Shown: in pieces, positions 1 to 14,162 of the stretch
Numbering within the stretch: the stretch's first letter is position 1
Layout: each line of letters starts with the position of its first letter
Virus record (IMG/VR): IMGVR_UViG_2711768052_000009
Source of the DNA: a virus
Taxonomy: Duplodnaviria > Heunggongvirae > Uroviricota > Caudoviricetes
Direction: 5' to 3' (one strand)
DNA: 35,415 bases
The notes under the pieces: generated by a model
The model's input: only the letters and a program-made list of their open reading frames with translations
Told to the model about the DNA's origin: nothing
The model's database searches: none
Program-made: the position numbers and the translations under genes

Positions 1-744
1 TCACACGAAGGTCGATGCGGCGGCCAAATCGTTGCAAATCCCCGTAAAGGCAGATGCGCGCCATGCCCGGTGACGCCAGAGGGAGTGTGTGCGTCGCTGC
101 CATTTGTCGGTATACCTCTCTCGTTTGCTCAGTTGTTCAGGAATATGGTGCAGCAGCTCGCCATCACCACAGTAAATGGCGGCATGATTCGGCACCGATG
201 AACCAAAACAGCACAGCAGCACATCGCCCGGTTGTGCTGATGACAACGGCACCTGATACAGCCCTGTGGCCTCCAGATTATCCAGATAGAGATTCTGACC
301 GTGACGCCACCAGTCATCCCCGCGATGAAAATCCGGCATCTCAATCCCCGCCAGATGATAAGCATCCCGGAACAGCGTGTAACAGTCCGTCACCCCGTGC
401 TCAAAGCGCCGCCCGGTGAGATGCGGCACACAGCGGAACTTGTGAATCGCCCCCCGGCAGACCAGCCACCACGGCAAATCACTCTGCACCTGCAGCCGCC
501 GGTCAGCCTCACTCAGCCAGGGCAGACCACCGGGATGACTGTGGACCAGTGCCACAATCTCACCCTGCATCTCTGCCTGCAGCCAGTCCTCCGGAGCCAT
601 CCGGAAATAATCCTCCGGCTCACCGGAAATATTCACGCAGGGAAAATATCTTTCCCCCTCCGGCGCTCTCACCACGAAGCCGCACGACTCCGCTGGCGCA
701 CATCGCCGGGCGTGCGCCAGAATCGCTGATTCTGTCTCTGTCAT
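1..744 (-). CDS. K: Tail tip assembly protein K (MPN/JAB plus NlpC/P60-like)
   Basis: ORF translation from internal ATG (MTETESAILAHARR...) matches lambda gpK as remembered; HSHP and DCYTLF motifs visible; ATG at 742-744, stop at 1-3. Confidence 0.88.
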   Translation of the reverse strand: MTETESAILAHARRCAPAESCGFVVRAPEGERYFPCVNISGEPEDYFRMAPEDWLQAEMQGEIVALVHSHPGGLPWLSEADRRLQVQSDLPWWLVCRGAIHKFRCVPHLTGRRFEHGVTDCYTLFRDAYHLAGIEMPDFHRGDDWWRHGQNLYLDNLEATGLYQVPLSSAQPGDVLLCCFGSSVPNHAAIYCGDGELLHHIPEQLSKRERYTDKWQRRTHSLWRHRAWRASAFTGICNDLAAASTFV

Positions 745-748
745 GGGA

Positions 749-1447
749 TTACTGCGAAAGTTTGTTAATGGAAAGGAAGCCGCCAAAGTTGCCGACGTTA
801 TTGCGAAACTTACAGCCGCTCAGGCATTTGCTGCATTTATCCTTCGTGATATCGGACGTCGGCTGGTCATATTCATCCGCGACTGCCGGACCGTGATAAC
901 CGCACTCATCACCGCGATAGGTCCAGGTGCAGGTGTTGGCCAGCATGATACGTCCCGGAAAAACAGCGCCATCCGTTTCCGTCGGCGTGGACAGTACAAA
1001 GGAGGCACTCACCGCGCTCAGTTCGCTGCACTGCTCGATGCGCCAGCGGCTGATCACCTCCTGCTCCGGATCGGCGTCACTGTTTCCGTTGACGAAGTTC
1101 ACCGCATCCAGAAAACGGGCGTAAACCTTACGCCGGACCACCGTTCCGCCGACCAGACTCTGCAGATCTTCCGCCATCCCGGTGACCATACCGTACAGGT
1201 TAGAAACCGTCAGCGTGGGGCGCGTACTGGTGCCTTTGCCATTCAGTTCAAAACCGCTCCCCTGAATGGGATACGGCTGATACTGTCGCCCCTGCCAGGT
1301 GACCGGCTCACCTTTTGCGTTCTGCTCATTACAGAAAAAATAACGTTCTCCACCGACCTCTGTCAGGTCGATTTCCCAGAGCACCACGCTGGCCGACTGC
1401 TCCGAACGGGTGCATTCATTCAGTGTTTCCTGCCGGATATCCTGCAT
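749..1447 (-). CDS. L: Tail tip protein L
   Basis: 232 aa, MQDIRQETLNECTR...; matches lambda gpL length and sequence; ATG start. Confidence 0.92.
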   Translation of the reverse strand: MQDIRQETLNECTRSEQSASVVLWEIDLTEVGGERYFFCNEQNAKGEPVTWQGRQYQPYPIQGSGFELNGKGTSTRPTLTVSNLYGMVTGMAEDLQSLVGGTVVRRKVYARFLDAVNFVNGNSDADPEQEVISRWRIEQCSELSAVSASFVLSTPTETDGAVFPGRIMLANTCTWTYRGDECGYHGPAVADEYDQPTSDITKDKCSKCLSGCKFRNNVGNFGGFLSINKLSQ

Positions 1448-1776
1448 CAGTTCACCACCTGTTCAAACTCTGCGCTGAACTCAACACGCAGCATACTGAC
1501 CCGCGACGACCATTTTGCGCAGGTCACCTTTATCTGCCGCCACTCATAAGGCGGCGTCCACAGAAAGGATTTCCAGCCCCCGTGCTCTTCCAGAAACGAC
1601 TCCAGTACCGTGGCCTCCTCACGGGGGACAGAAAGCGTCACGCTGTACGTTTTCAGGTTGGCATTCAGCCCGGCAGGCGCTCGCTGGGAATAGCCATCAC
1701 CAAAGCGCACCTTTCTTACAGAAGGGGCCGAAGCCACATCCATACCGGGTTTCACTTTCCAGCGGAAGGTTTTCAT
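1447..1776 (-). CDS. M: Tail tip protein M
   Basis: 109 aa, MKTFRWKVKPGMDV...; matches lambda gpM; its stop overlaps the L start. Confidence 0.92.
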   Translation of the reverse strand: MKTFRWKVKPGMDVASAPSVRKVRFGDGYSQRAPAGLNANLKTYSVTLSVPREEATVLESFLEEHGGWKSFLWTPPYEWRQIKVTCAKWSSRVSMLRVEFSAEFEQVVN

Positions 1777-4334
1777 CGTCCACCTCCGGAGAACAGGCCA
1801 CCATCACGCATCTGTGTCTGAATTTCATCACGGGCACCCTTGCGGGCCATGTCATACACCGCCTTCAGCATCTGTGGACCTGGCAGACCATTCGTACCGT
1901 CGTTCTGAATCACCACGTTGTTGTTCTGCTCAAATCTGATACCCTCTGAACGCCGCATCTGCGCCGGACTTCCGGTGCCACCGACATAACCGCCGGTGGC
2001 ATAGCCGCGCATCAGCCGGTAGAGATTCCCCACGCCAATCCGGCTGGTTGCCTCCTTCGTGAAGACAAATTCACCACGGTGAACAATCCCCGCTGGCTCA
2101 TATTTGCCGCCGGTTCCTGTGAATCCTCCGGTTGCAAAATGGAATTTCGCCGCAGCGGCCTGAATGGCTGTACCGCCTGACGCGGATGCGCCGCCACCAA
2201 CAGCCCCGCCAATGGCGCTGCCGATACTCCCGACAATCCCCACCATTGCCTGCTTAAGCAGAATTTCTGTCATCATGGACAGCACGGAACGGGTGAAGCT
2301 GCGCCAGTTCTGCTCACTGCCGGTCAGCATCGCTGCCATATTCTGTGCAATACCATCAAAGGTCTGCGTGGCTGCACTTTTTACCTGCGACATACTGTCC
2401 GTGGCGCTCTCTTCCCACTCACTCCAGCCGGACTTCAGGCCTGCCATCCAGCTCCCGCGAAGCTGGTCTTCAGCCGCCCAGGTCTTTTTCTGCTCTGACA
2501 TGACGTTATTCAGCGCCAGCGGATTATCGCCATACTGTTCCTTCAGGCGCTGTTCCGTGGCTTCCCGTTCTGCCTGCCGGTCAGTCAGCCCCCGGCTTTT
2601 CGCATCAATGGCGGCCCGTTTTGCCCGTTGCTGCTGTGCGAATTTATCCGCCTGCTGCGCCAGCGCGTTCAGGCGCTCCTGATACGTAACCTTGTCGCCA
2701 AGTGCAGCCAGCTGGCGTTTGTACTCCAGCGTCTCATCTTTATGCGCCAGCAGGGATTTCTCCTGTGCGGATAGCTGGCGACGTTGTGCCGCCTCCTCCA
2801 GTACCGCGAACTGACTTTCTGCCTTCCACAAATCCCGGCGCTGCTGGCTGATTTTCTCATTTGCTCCGGCATGCTTCTCCAGCGTCCGGAGTTCTGCCTG
2901 AAGCGTCAGCAGGGCAGCATGAGCACTGTCTTCCTGACGATCGCCCGCAGACACCTTCACGCCGGACTGTTTCGGCTTTTTCAGCGTCGCTTCATAATCC
3001 TTTTTCGCCGCCGCCATCAGCGTGTTGTAATCCGCCTGCAGGATTTTCCCGTCTTTCAGTGCCTTGTTCAGTTCTTCCTGACGGGCGGTATATTTCTCCA
3101 GCGGCGTCTGCAGCCGTTCGTAAGCCTTCTGCGCCTCTTCGGTATATTTCAGCCGTGACGCTTCGGTATCGCTCTGCTGCTGCGCATTTTTGTCCTGTTG
3201 ACTCTGCTGTTCAGCCTTCTTTCTCGCGGCTTCAAGCGCAAGACGGGCCTTTTCACGATCATCCCAGTAACGCGCCCGCGCTTCATCGTTAACAAAATAA
3301 TCATCCTTGCGCAGACTCCAGATGTCGTCCGCTTTCTTAAACGCAGCCTCTGCCTTAATCAGCATCTCCTGAGCGGTATCAGGACGACCAATATCCAGCA
3401 CCGCATCCCACATGGATTTGAATGCCCGCGCAGTCCTGTCTGCCCAGGTCTCCAGCGTGCCCATGTTCTCTTTCAGGCGGCGGGTCTGGTCATCAAACCC
3501 TTTCGTTGCGGCCTCGTTCGCCGCCTGCAATGCCCCGGCTTCATCGCCGGAACGCTGCAACTGAGCAACATACGCAATCTGCTCCGCCGTCACGTTATGG
3601 AACTGGCGTGCCATCGCCGTCAGCCCCGACGTCGGGTCTGTGGTCAGCTTCCCGAAGGCTTCAGCGACCTTGTCCACCTCCACGCCGGATGCAGAGGAGA
3701 AACGCGCCACACTCTGGCTGATGGACGCAATCTGAGCCTCACCGCTTACCCCCGCCTTAACCAGTGCGCTGAGTGACTCGCTGGTCTGGTTAAACGTCAG
3801 CCCTGCCGCCTGCCCGGCTCTGGACAGGACCAGCATACGATCTGCCGTCAGCCCCGACTGATTGCCGGAAAGGACCAGCGTTTTGTTGAAATCGGACAAG
3901 GTTGAGTTGCCCTGATACCAGGCATACGCCAGCGCACCGGTCGCCACCGCCAGCGAGGTGGCCCCCACCATCGGCAGGGTGATCGCACCGGCAAGCCCCC
4001 TGAACATGGGGATCATCCCGCCGAAGGAGTCCTTAACCTGACCACCCTGTTGCAGCAGGATCAGCCACGGACTTTGCCCGCCTGCAAGCTGCGTGGCCAC
4101 GTCGGTGAACTGCGCAGGCAGCATACGCATGGCAGCTTTATACTGCCCGACGGAAATCCCCGCTTTCTGTGCAGCCAGCGCCTGTCGGCTCAGCGACTGT
4201 TCAACGACTGCCGCTGTTTTTTTCGCATCACTTTCCGTACTGGAAAAATGACGCCTGACTCTGGCCATCTGCTCGTCAAATCTGGCCGCATCCAGACTTA
4301 AATCAACGACCAGATCGCCTACCGGTTCAGCCAT
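1773..4334 (-). CDS. H: Tail tape measure protein H
   Basis: 853 aa, same length as lambda gpH; coiled-coil-rich middle and Gly-rich C-terminal region; ATG start overlapping the T end. Confidence 0.93.
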   Translation of the reverse strand: MAEPVGDLVVDLSLDAARFDEQMARVRRHFSSTESDAKKTAAVVEQSLSRQALAAQKAGISVGQYKAAMRMLPAQFTDVATQLAGGQSPWLILLQQGGQVKDSFGGMIPMFRGLAGAITLPMVGATSLAVATGALAYAWYQGNSTLSDFNKTLVLSGNQSGLTADRMLVLSRAGQAAGLTFNQTSESLSALVKAGVSGEAQIASISQSVARFSSASGVEVDKVAEAFGKLTTDPTSGLTAMARQFHNVTAEQIAYVAQLQRSGDEAGALQAANEAATKGFDDQTRRLKENMGTLETWADRTARAFKSMWDAVLDIGRPDTAQEMLIKAEAAFKKADDIWSLRKDDYFVNDEARARYWDDREKARLALEAARKKAEQQSQQDKNAQQQSDTEASRLKYTEEAQKAYERLQTPLEKYTARQEELNKALKDGKILQADYNTLMAAAKKDYEATLKKPKQSGVKVSAGDRQEDSAHAALLTLQAELRTLEKHAGANEKISQQRRDLWKAESQFAVLEEAAQRRQLSAQEKSLLAHKDETLEYKRQLAALGDKVTYQERLNALAQQADKFAQQQRAKRAAIDAKSRGLTDRQAEREATEQRLKEQYGDNPLALNNVMSEQKKTWAAEDQLRGSWMAGLKSGWSEWEESATDSMSQVKSAATQTFDGIAQNMAAMLTGSEQNWRSFTRSVLSMMTEILLKQAMVGIVGSIGSAIGGAVGGGASASGGTAIQAAAAKFHFATGGFTGTGGKYEPAGIVHRGEFVFTKEATSRIGVGNLYRLMRGYATGGYVGGTGSPAQMRRSEGIRFEQNNNVVIQNDGTNGLPGPQMLKAVYDMARKGARDEIQTQMRDGGLFSGGGR

Positions 4335-4767
4335 ACCGGACTCCTCCTGCGATCCCTTCTGATACTGTCATCAGCATTACGTCATCCTCCGTCATGTCCG
4401 CCTCATCCGGGGAAACGGGGATAACTTCATTCACGTCCGGGCCAAAGCGGACGCCTCCGGCAAGCCCTGCCGCTTTCTGCATCAGCACATCATCTTCAGG
4501 CTCTTCGTCAGCCTCACGCCGGTTCAGCAGACTGAAATCCAGCGGATGCATATCCGGATCGCTGAAAAACAGGCTGAGCACGGTGTACGTCAGCCCGGAA
4601 AAGTGCATATCCAGCAGAACATCATGAAAATAATGGGTACTGTAAAAGCGGTGCCAGTCGGCATACTCCGTGGATGACATCCCGGCAAGCATGGCACGCC
4701 AGTCGGGTCGCCCCATCTCGCGCGCCAGTTTCAGGGCAAAGCTCAGCTCACCGTCGAACACTTTCCC
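4327..4767 (-). CDS. T: Tail assembly chaperone T segment, expressed only as G-T fusion via -1 frameshift
   Basis: ORF in -1 frame relative to G continuing from the slippery site; translation VFDGELSFALKLAREMGRPDW... matches lambda gpT; no independent ATG (track M is GTG). Confidence 0.85.
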   Translation of the reverse strand, partial: GKVFDGELSFALKLAREMGRPDWRAMLAGMSSTEYADWHRFYSTHYFHDVLLDMHFSGLTYTVLSLFFSDPDMHPLDFSLLNRREADEEPEDDVLMQKAAGLAGGVRFGPDVNEVIPVSPDEADMTEDDVMLMTVSEGIAGGVRYG

Positions 4768-5165
4768 GCAGAAACAGGCTCTGCAGGCCCGGCGTCCTCT
4801 GCCTGTTCAGGGGCATCATTCACCACAAACTCATACATACCGGACAGCCGGTACACCACGTTTTCAGCATGAGAAATTGCCTCTGTGGGCCAGGTGGTAA
4901 GCACTTCCTGCTCAATCTGTTTAACGGCTTCATTCATGGAAGGCTGCTTTGTCTTCTGCGGATGGTTATGCCACAGGGACATAGCCACCACAAAAGCACC
5001 GGTTCTGATGGCGTCTTCCACAGTAAACTTCCGGTTGCTGTCTGACTCCGCCTGTTCTGCCTGCCGTTTCATCAGGGCGAGATGCTCAATACGCTGCAGG
5101 GCTGACAGTTCAGAAAGCGTGACGGTCACGCCGTTATGTTCAAATGATTCGGTTTTCAGGAACAT
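4743..5165 (-). CDS. G: Tail assembly chaperone G
   Basis: 140 aa, MFLKTESFEHNGVTVTLSELSALQRIEH...; matches lambda gpG; ATG at 5163-5165. Confidence 0.92.
   Translation of the reverse strand: MFLKTESFEHNGVTVTLSELSALQRIEHLALMKRQAEQAESDSNRKFTVEDAIRTGAFVVAMSLWHNHPQKTKQPSMNEAVKQIEQEVLTTWPTEAISHAENVVYRLSGMYEFVVNDAPEQAEDAGPAEPVSAGKCSTVS
4761..4767 (-). other. Programmed -1 ribosomal frameshift slippery heptamer G GGA AAG (G to G-T)
   Basis: Plus strand reads ctttccc at 4761-4767, i.e. GGGAAAG on the minus strand, located 6 codons before the G stop and at the junction with the T frame, as in lambda. Confidence 0.85.
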
Positions 5166-5180
5166 CGCTGACTCTCCGGA

Positions 5181-5921
5181 TTAACTGTCGGTGACAGTGA
5201 TTTCTGCAACCGCAGCAAGTTCACCATTACCGGATACAACCGGAATGTTGACCTTACCTGCAGCAACGCCTTTCACGGTGATGGTCATACCACTGACCGA
5301 CACGGTGGCTTTTGTTTTATCCGCAGACACCGCACGAAAGCTCTTGTCGGTTACGCCCTCCGGCTGGAAGGCCACGGTCAGCGTGGTGCTCTGCCCTTTC
5401 ACCACCGAGGTGCTGGCAGGCGTCACGGTCATGCCGGTTGCCGCTGTTACCGTGCTGCGATCTTCTGCCATCGACGGACGTCCCACATTGGTGACTTTCA
5501 CCGTGCGGGTGATCACTTCCTTCGCCGTCACCGCCTTACCGATACTGCTGACCCAGCCACGGAACACATCGACCGTGCCGTTCGGGAAGCGGATTTTATA
5601 GGCACGGGTATCGCCTTCATTAAACCACGCCAGCAGCGCCTGCTGCCCCTGCTCTCCGGGCATCCACGCCAGCGTGAAGCTGGTATCTCCGGCAGATTTC
5701 TGCCCCTGCCCGGTCGCAGTCCAGTCTGCATCTTCATCATCGAGATAGCTGTCGTCATAGGACTCAGCGGTCAGTTCGCCGGGCGTCAGGTCTTTAACTT
5801 TTGCCAGACGCGACCAGTCAACGTCTGAAAGCGGATTCGCATAAGGGTCACCGCTCCCCTTATAAACCCACAGGGTGGTCCCGGCACCTTTCACCGGCAT
5901 TGTAGGATTTGGTACAGGCAT
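5181..5921 (-). CDS. V: Major tail tube protein V (with C-terminal Ig-like domain)
   Basis: 246 aa from internal ATG ([22 protein letters not shown]...), preceded by GAGGA RBS; matches lambda gpV; the track ORF extends 10 codons upstream. Confidence 0.92.
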   Translation of the reverse strand: MPVPNPTMPVKGAGTTLWVYKGSGDPYANPLSDVDWSRLAKVKDLTPGELTAESYDDSYLDDEDADWTATGQGQKSAGDTSFTLAWMPGEQGQQALLAWFNEGDTRAYKIRFPNGTVDVFRGWVSSIGKAVTAKEVITRTVKVTNVGRPSMAEDRSTVTAATGMTVTPASTSVVKGQSTTLTVAFQPEGVTDKSFRAVSADKTKATVSVSGMTITVKGVAAGKVNIPVVSGNGELAAVAEITVTDS

Positions 5922-5928
5922 AGCGTCC

Positions 5929-6324
5929 TCACATTTCATAGGTAATGACATAAGTCAGATCGGCTGAACTCCACAGGCCCGCATCATCGTCGCGCCGGTA
6001 GTCATAGCCGCTGGCCACCATACTGGTGATCAAATCTGACAGTGCCGGGATATCGCTCATCACCGGATAAATCCGGGACTCCATCCACGCATCCAGCTCT
6101 GAATCCGGCACCTGAGCAGGCAGGAAAACTTCGATATGCAGCTCCGCCTGCCAGGTATCGCTGTCCAGCTCTTCGCCCGTGTATTCAGCGCCGGTGAGAT
6201 AAACGGCAACTGCCGGAAAATCCGCCTCATCAAAAACAGCGGGGCGACCATCAAAAAACGTCGCCCCGGTGTCATGCTTCTCCAGTGCATCCAGTACGGC
6301 TGCACGGAGTTCAGTATGTTTCAT
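5929..6324 (-). CDS. U: Tail terminator protein U
   Basis: 131 aa, [31 protein letters not shown]...; matches lambda gpU. Confidence 0.92.
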   Translation of the reverse strand: MKHTELRAAVLDALEKHDTGATFFDGRPAVFDEADFPAVAVYLTGAEYTGEELDSDTWQAELHIEVFLPAQVPDSELDAWMESRIYPVMSDIPALSDLITSMVASGYDYRRDDDAGLWSSADLTYVITYEM

Positions 6325-6899
6325 CGCTTTATTACCATCCTCAGTTGATGCTGCAGCGCATAGCCCAGCTCTTTCGGAAGACGTTCACGCCGTATCCGCT
6401 CAATATTTTGTTTAAACGCCGTGGTCAGCGGCACCGCCATCGGGATTTTCACCACATCAATGGGGTAACGGTTTTTCCCGGCCACACGCTGCATGACATG
6501 CCACCGGCCATTTTTCAGTTGCTGAATAAACGCGCCGGGAATACGACGGTTTCCCACCACAAGCACGCTGCCGCCACCTTTCAGGGCTGAACGCTGCCCC
6601 TTTTTACGACGCCTGCGTCGGGACAGGACAATCCGCGCGTTACCCAGCTTTATTACGGGCAAATCCCCCCGGTTAACCTTGATTCTGGCCTGCGGATTTT
6701 TGACCGTGGCCCTTTTCAGCCTGGCCCTTTCCTTTACCAGTTTCCGGCGTACCTTTGTCTCACGGGCAACCTGTGACGCCGACTGCGATATCGCGGATGA
6801 AGCAACGCGGTTAATGGCCATTGCGGCGGCACCGGGCACCGCCGTTCTGCTGATACGGCTGAGGTTTTCAACGGCCTGCTCAAGACCTTTTATGGCCAT
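6321..6899 (-). CDS. Z: Tail completion protein Z
   Basis: 192 aa, MAIKGLEQAVENLSRISRTAVPGAAAMAINR...; matches lambda gpZ. Confidence 0.92.
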   Translation of the reverse strand: MAIKGLEQAVENLSRISRTAVPGAAAMAINRVASSAISQSASQVARETKVRRKLVKERARLKRATVKNPQARIKVNRGDLPVIKLGNARIVLSRRRRRKKGQRSALKGGGSVLVVGNRRIPGAFIQQLKNGRWHVMQRVAGKNRYPIDVVKIPMAVPLTTAFKQNIERIRRERLPKELGYALQHQLRMVIKR

Positions 6900-6910
6900 A
6901 CATCCCCCTT

Positions 6911-7264
6911 TCAGCGGCGACGGTTAACGGCAGGCGGTACGCCCCGCCCAAGCCAGAGATGACAGCTTCCGCCATCATCCGGCGAAATCCGGTCCACCCA
7001 GAAGTTTTCCTCGCCGATGGTCAGTGTGTCTCCACGCCGCAGCTGCCGCACATCATCAGTCCGGACAAACAGGGACGGGCTGGAGCCTTCAACGCGCACC
7101 CCCTGTCCGGCATAGCTGATATTTTCAGGGTCATCAAAAACACCACGTATCACAGCACCGGACAGCTCACCGGATGTCATGGTGGCTGACGTTCCCATGT
7201 ACCCGCGTATCGTTTCATCGGCGCGGGCAATGGCAGCATCGAACAGGTTATCGGAATCAGCCAC
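6911..7264 (-). CDS. FII: Head-tail joining protein FII
   Basis: 117 aa, (M)ADSDNLFDAAIARADETIRGYMG...; matches lambda gpFII; start codon is GTG at 7262-7264 with GGGAGG RBS upstream. Confidence 0.88.
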   Translation of the reverse strand: MADSDNLFDAAIARADETIRGYMGTSATMTSGELSGAVIRGVFDDPENISYAGQGVRVEGSSPSLFVRTDDVRQLRRGDTLTIGEENFWVDRISPDDGGSCHLWLGRGVPPAVNRRR

Positions 7265-7275
7265 AGCGCCTCCCG

Positions 7276-7671
7276 TTATTGCATTCTGGCCAGGCCATGT
7301 TCTGTCATTTCGGCTGCCACACCGGCAGAGACACGAAACGCCGTTCCCGGCAGCACAAATGCCACAGGCTCATCCCGCGTGGCGTGAAGTGCATCAGTAT
7401 GCAGCGTCACCAGTGCCACGACCGTGACCAGAGCAGCCGTATCAATCACGGTATCCGGCTGCGCTGATACCACCTCATTTTCATGCCCGGTCAGCGCATT
7501 TTCCGGGCTGACAGATGTGTCCTGACCGGCAGCGTCATCCGTGTCATCAAGCTCCTCTTCCAGCTCTGCCACACGGAGTGCCAGTTCTTCTTTCGTCCCC
7601 GTCAGGCTGACATCACGGTTCAGTTGCTCACCCAGCACCTGAAGACGGGCAATCAGTTCATCTTTCGTCAT
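7276..7671 (-). CDS. FI: DNA packaging / head assembly protein FI
   Basis: Internal ATG (MTKDELIARLQVLGEQLNRDVSLTG...) preceded by GGAGGA; matches lambda gpFI; the track ORF extends 13 codons upstream. Confidence 0.88.
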   Translation of the reverse strand: MTKDELIARLQVLGEQLNRDVSLTGTKEELALRVAELEEELDDTDDAAGQDTSVSPENALTGHENEVVSAQPDTVIDTAALVTVVALVTLHTDALHATRDEPVAFVLPGTAFRVSAGVAAEMTEHGLARMQ

Positions 7672-7712
7672 GGACTCCTCCACAGAGAGAAAATGGCCCC
7701 GAAGGGCCATGA

Positions 7713-8738
7713 TTACGCCAGTTGTACGGACACGAACGCATCAGGGTCAGCCAGCAGCATCAGCGGTGCTGACTGAATCATGGTGAACTCACGCGCCGGA
7801 TCGCCGGTGGTCACCCAGTTTTTCGGGTAGCGGGCAGAGGCGTTAATACCTTCGCGCTGTGCGTCCGCATCCTGAATGCAGCCATAGGTGCGCAGACCGC
7901 GTGCCTGAGTGTTCCCCAGCACCATCGTGTTGTCCGGAAGGAAGTTCTTTTTGACGTCGTTTTCCACATACTGTCCGGAATACACGACGATCGCCGTATC
8001 GCCATACATCCCCTTATAGGACACCGCTTCGCCCAGGTCTTTTACCGCTGTCTCCAGCTCGGAATTAGAGCCGCGACGGGTATCCAGCTTCTCCTTGACG
8101 GCTTTGAAGGAACGGAACAGCGCCCAGCCTTTCGGATCAAACACGATGATATTCACCACACCGCTGGCGTTCAGCGCGTAGGCTTCGATATCGTCGGTCG
8201 GGTCATACGTGGACTTGTCACGCTTGCTCCACTCCGTACCGCCGGACTGCGTGATGTTGTTCGCCACACTGCGGCCCATATCCACTTCAACCGGATCGAA
8301 GGCTTCACCGGTCATGGTGTATTTGCCCTTAAGCACGGCAGAAACTGCCTGCATCTCTTCGACCTGAGCAATGGCCAGCTCTTCGTCTCGCATGTTCTGC
8401 AGGATGATGCGACGGCGGCGGTAAGCCGGGTCCGCCAGATTCTGTGGATCTTCATCCGGCAGGCGACGCAGGGTCATCTGCGGATTCACCTCATGCTTGG
8501 GTTTGACATATCCCGGTGTAAATTCAGAGGTGGAGCCGCCACGGGAGCGGATAACCTCACCGGAAACAATCGGCGAAACGTACAGCGCCATGTTTACCAG
8601 TCCCGGAATTTGTGAGAGATAGACTTTCTCCGTGGTGAAGGGATAGCTCTCACGGAAAAAGAGACGCAGAAACAGCGGATCAAACTTAAATTTCTTCTCA
8701 TTTGCCGCCAGCAGCTGGGCGGTTGTGTACATCGACAT
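7713..8738 (-). CDS. E: Major capsid protein E
   Basis: 341 aa from MSMYTTAQLLAANEKKFKFDPLFLRLFF...; matches lambda gpE length and sequence. Confidence 0.93.
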   Translation of the reverse strand: MSMYTTAQLLAANEKKFKFDPLFLRLFFRESYPFTTEKVYLSQIPGLVNMALYVSPIVSGEVIRSRGGSTSEFTPGYVKPKHEVNPQMTLRRLPDEDPQNLADPAYRRRRIILQNMRDEELAIAQVEEMQAVSAVLKGKYTMTGEAFDPVEVDMGRSVANNITQSGGTEWSKRDKSTYDPTDDIEAYALNASGVVNIIVFDPKGWALFRSFKAVKEKLDTRRGSNSELETAVKDLGEAVSYKGMYGDTAIVVYSGQYVENDVKKNFLPDNTMVLGNTQARGLRTYGCIQDADAQREGINASARYPKNWVTTGDPAREFTMIQSAPLMLLADPDAFVSVQLA

Positions 8739-8793
8739 AAAAAAATCCCGTAAAAAAAGCCGCACAGGCGGCCTTTAGTGATGAAGGGTAAGG

Positions 8794-9126
8794 TTAAACG
8801 ATGCTGATTGCCGTTCCGGCAAACGCGGTCCGTTTTTTCGTCTCGTCGCTGGCAGCCTCCGGCCAGAGCACATCCTCATAACGGAACGTGCCGGACTTGT
8901 AGTACGTCAGCGTGGTGCTGGTCTGGTCAGCATCAACCGCCAGAATGCCAACGGCAGCACCGTCGGTGGTGCCATCCCACGCAACCAGCTTACGGGTGGA
9001 GGTATCCAGCATCAGCGGGGTCATTGCAGGCGCTTTCGCACTCAATCCGCCGGGCGCGGTTGCCGTATGTGCCGGGTCACTGTTGCCCAGCGGTTGGTAA
9101 TGGGTAAAGGTTTCTTTGCTCGTCAT
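8794..9126 (-). CDS. D: Capsid decoration protein D
   Basis: 110 aa from [27 protein letters not shown]...; matches lambda gpD. Confidence 0.92.
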   Translation of the reverse strand: MTSKETFTHYQPLGNSDPAHTATAPGGLSAKAPAMTPLMLDTSTRKLVAWDGTTDGAAVGILAVDADQTSTTLTYYKSGTFRYEDVLWPEAASDETKKRTAFAGTAISIV

Positions 9127-9135
9127 AAACATCCC

Positions 9136-9531
9136 TTACACTGGTGTGTTCAGCAAATCGTTAACGGCATCAGATGCCGGGTTACCTGCAGCCAGCGGTG
9201 CCGGTGCCCCCTGCATCAGACGATCCAGCGCAGTGTCACTGCGCGCCTGTGCACTCTGTGGTGCAGCTGCCAGAATGCGGCGGGCCGTTTCCACGGTCAT
9301 ACCGGGGGTTTCGGCCAGCACGCGTGCCTGTTCTTCACGTCCGTGAGCCTCCTCACAGTTGAGGATCCCCATAATGCGACTGTTTTCTGCCGCAACCGCT
9401 GCGGTGATCTGCGCGTTTACGTCCGGCTGCGCCGCGCTGGCGTTCTCGCCCTCCGTCGCTTGCACCACGCCAGTAACGTCAGCCTGCGAAGCAGTGGCTG
9501 AAACAGTTGTTGATTGAGTCTCTTTGGTCAT
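9136..9531 (-). CDS. Nu3: Capsid scaffolding protein Nu3 (in-frame internal start within C)
   Basis: Internal ATG at 9529-9531 preceded by CAGGAGGG; translation MTKETQSTTVSATASQADVTG..., 131 aa, shares the C stop. Confidence 0.8.
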   Translation of the reverse strand: MTKETQSTTVSATASQADVTGVVQATEGENASAAQPDVNAQITAAVAAENSRIMGILNCEEAHGREEQARVLAETPGMTVETARRILAAAPQSAQARSDTALDRLMQGAPAPLAAGNPASDAVNDLLNTPV

Positions 9532-10435
9532 TCGCCCTCCTGAGAGACGGGATTTACGTGCATCCAGTGCATCACGCATGACGGTGATCGCATCGGTACT
9601 GTTAACAAGTTCATCAGCCAGTCCGGCATCAATGGCCTCCTGACCGCTGTACACTGCAGCCTCGGTATCCAGCACAGCCTGCACAGACAGGCCGGTATAT
9701 GCCGACACCTTCTGTGCAAACATCCGGCGGGTTGCATCCATCCGGGACTGCAGTGTTTCCCGGACATCATCCGGTAGATGGCTGTAGGGGTTGCCATCCA
9801 CCTTATGGCTGCCGCTGTAAATCAGCGTGATTTCCACGCCCTGTTTCTCCAGCGCAGCGCCGTAATTACTGTGAGCCATCATGACGCCGATGGAGCCTGT
9901 CCGGGCGGTCTGCGTGACCAGACGCCGGGAGGCGGCACTGGCAAGCAGCTGACCTGCGCTGCAGTTCATGTCATTGGCCAGCGCCCATACCGGCTTTATG
10001 TCACGCACACGGGCGATGATGTCAGCGCAGTCAAATGCCCCCGCCACCATTCCGCCTGGCGTATCCATATCGAGCAGAATGCCGTCCACCATCGGGTCAC
10101 TGGCAGCCTGTTGCAGACGGGCGATAATGCCGTTGTAACCGGTCATTCCCGAATACGGCTGCAGCGCCCGCGTCCGACTGACCAGCGTACCGGACACCGG
10201 CAGCACGGCGATGCCGTTCATGACCTGATAACTGCGGGCCTGTCGTGGTCCGTCATCATCACCGGATAACGCCAGCGCCGCGGGTGCCTCTCCGGCAGTC
10301 AGGCTGTCGCCGGATACTGCATCCGTCAGGCGGCTGATCCCAAGCTGGCCTGCAAGCGCACAAAAGAAAACCCGCGCATAGGCGGGTTCAAGCATCAGCG
10401 GCTCATTAAAAGCCATGCTGGCAATATGCGGGAGA

Positions 10436-10455
<20 letters not shown>
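9136..10455 (-). CDS. C: Capsid assembly protease C
   Basis: 439 aa if started at GTG 10453-10455 ((M)TAELRNLPHIASMAFNEPLMLEPAYARVFF...), equal to lambda gpC length; overlaps the B stop by about 20 nt; S49/ClpP-like fold family. Start codon choice uncertain. Confidence 0.85.

Positions 10456-14136
<3,681 letters not shown>

Positions 14137-14162
<26 letters not shown>

Noticed and set aside
54-419. Plus-strand ORF (121 aa) overlapping gene K
   Set aside because: Antisense to a well-supported lambda gene; Pro/Arg-rich low-complexity translation typical of shadow frames in GC-rich DNA. The same applies to 301..729, 549..896, 743..1549, 1315..1821 and 1515..1949.
2164-3776. Plus-strand ORFs 2164..2682, 2784..3158, 2861..3292, 3198..3776 and 3422..3721 inside the tape measure gene
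   Set aside because: All antisense to gene H, lacking RBS context, with low-complexity translations; shadow ORFs.
5191-7776. Plus-strand ORFs within V, U, Z, FII and FI (e.g. 5191..5601, 6285..6590, 7174..7467)
   Set aside because: Antisense or overlapping frames of conserved minus-strand structural genes; no independent support.
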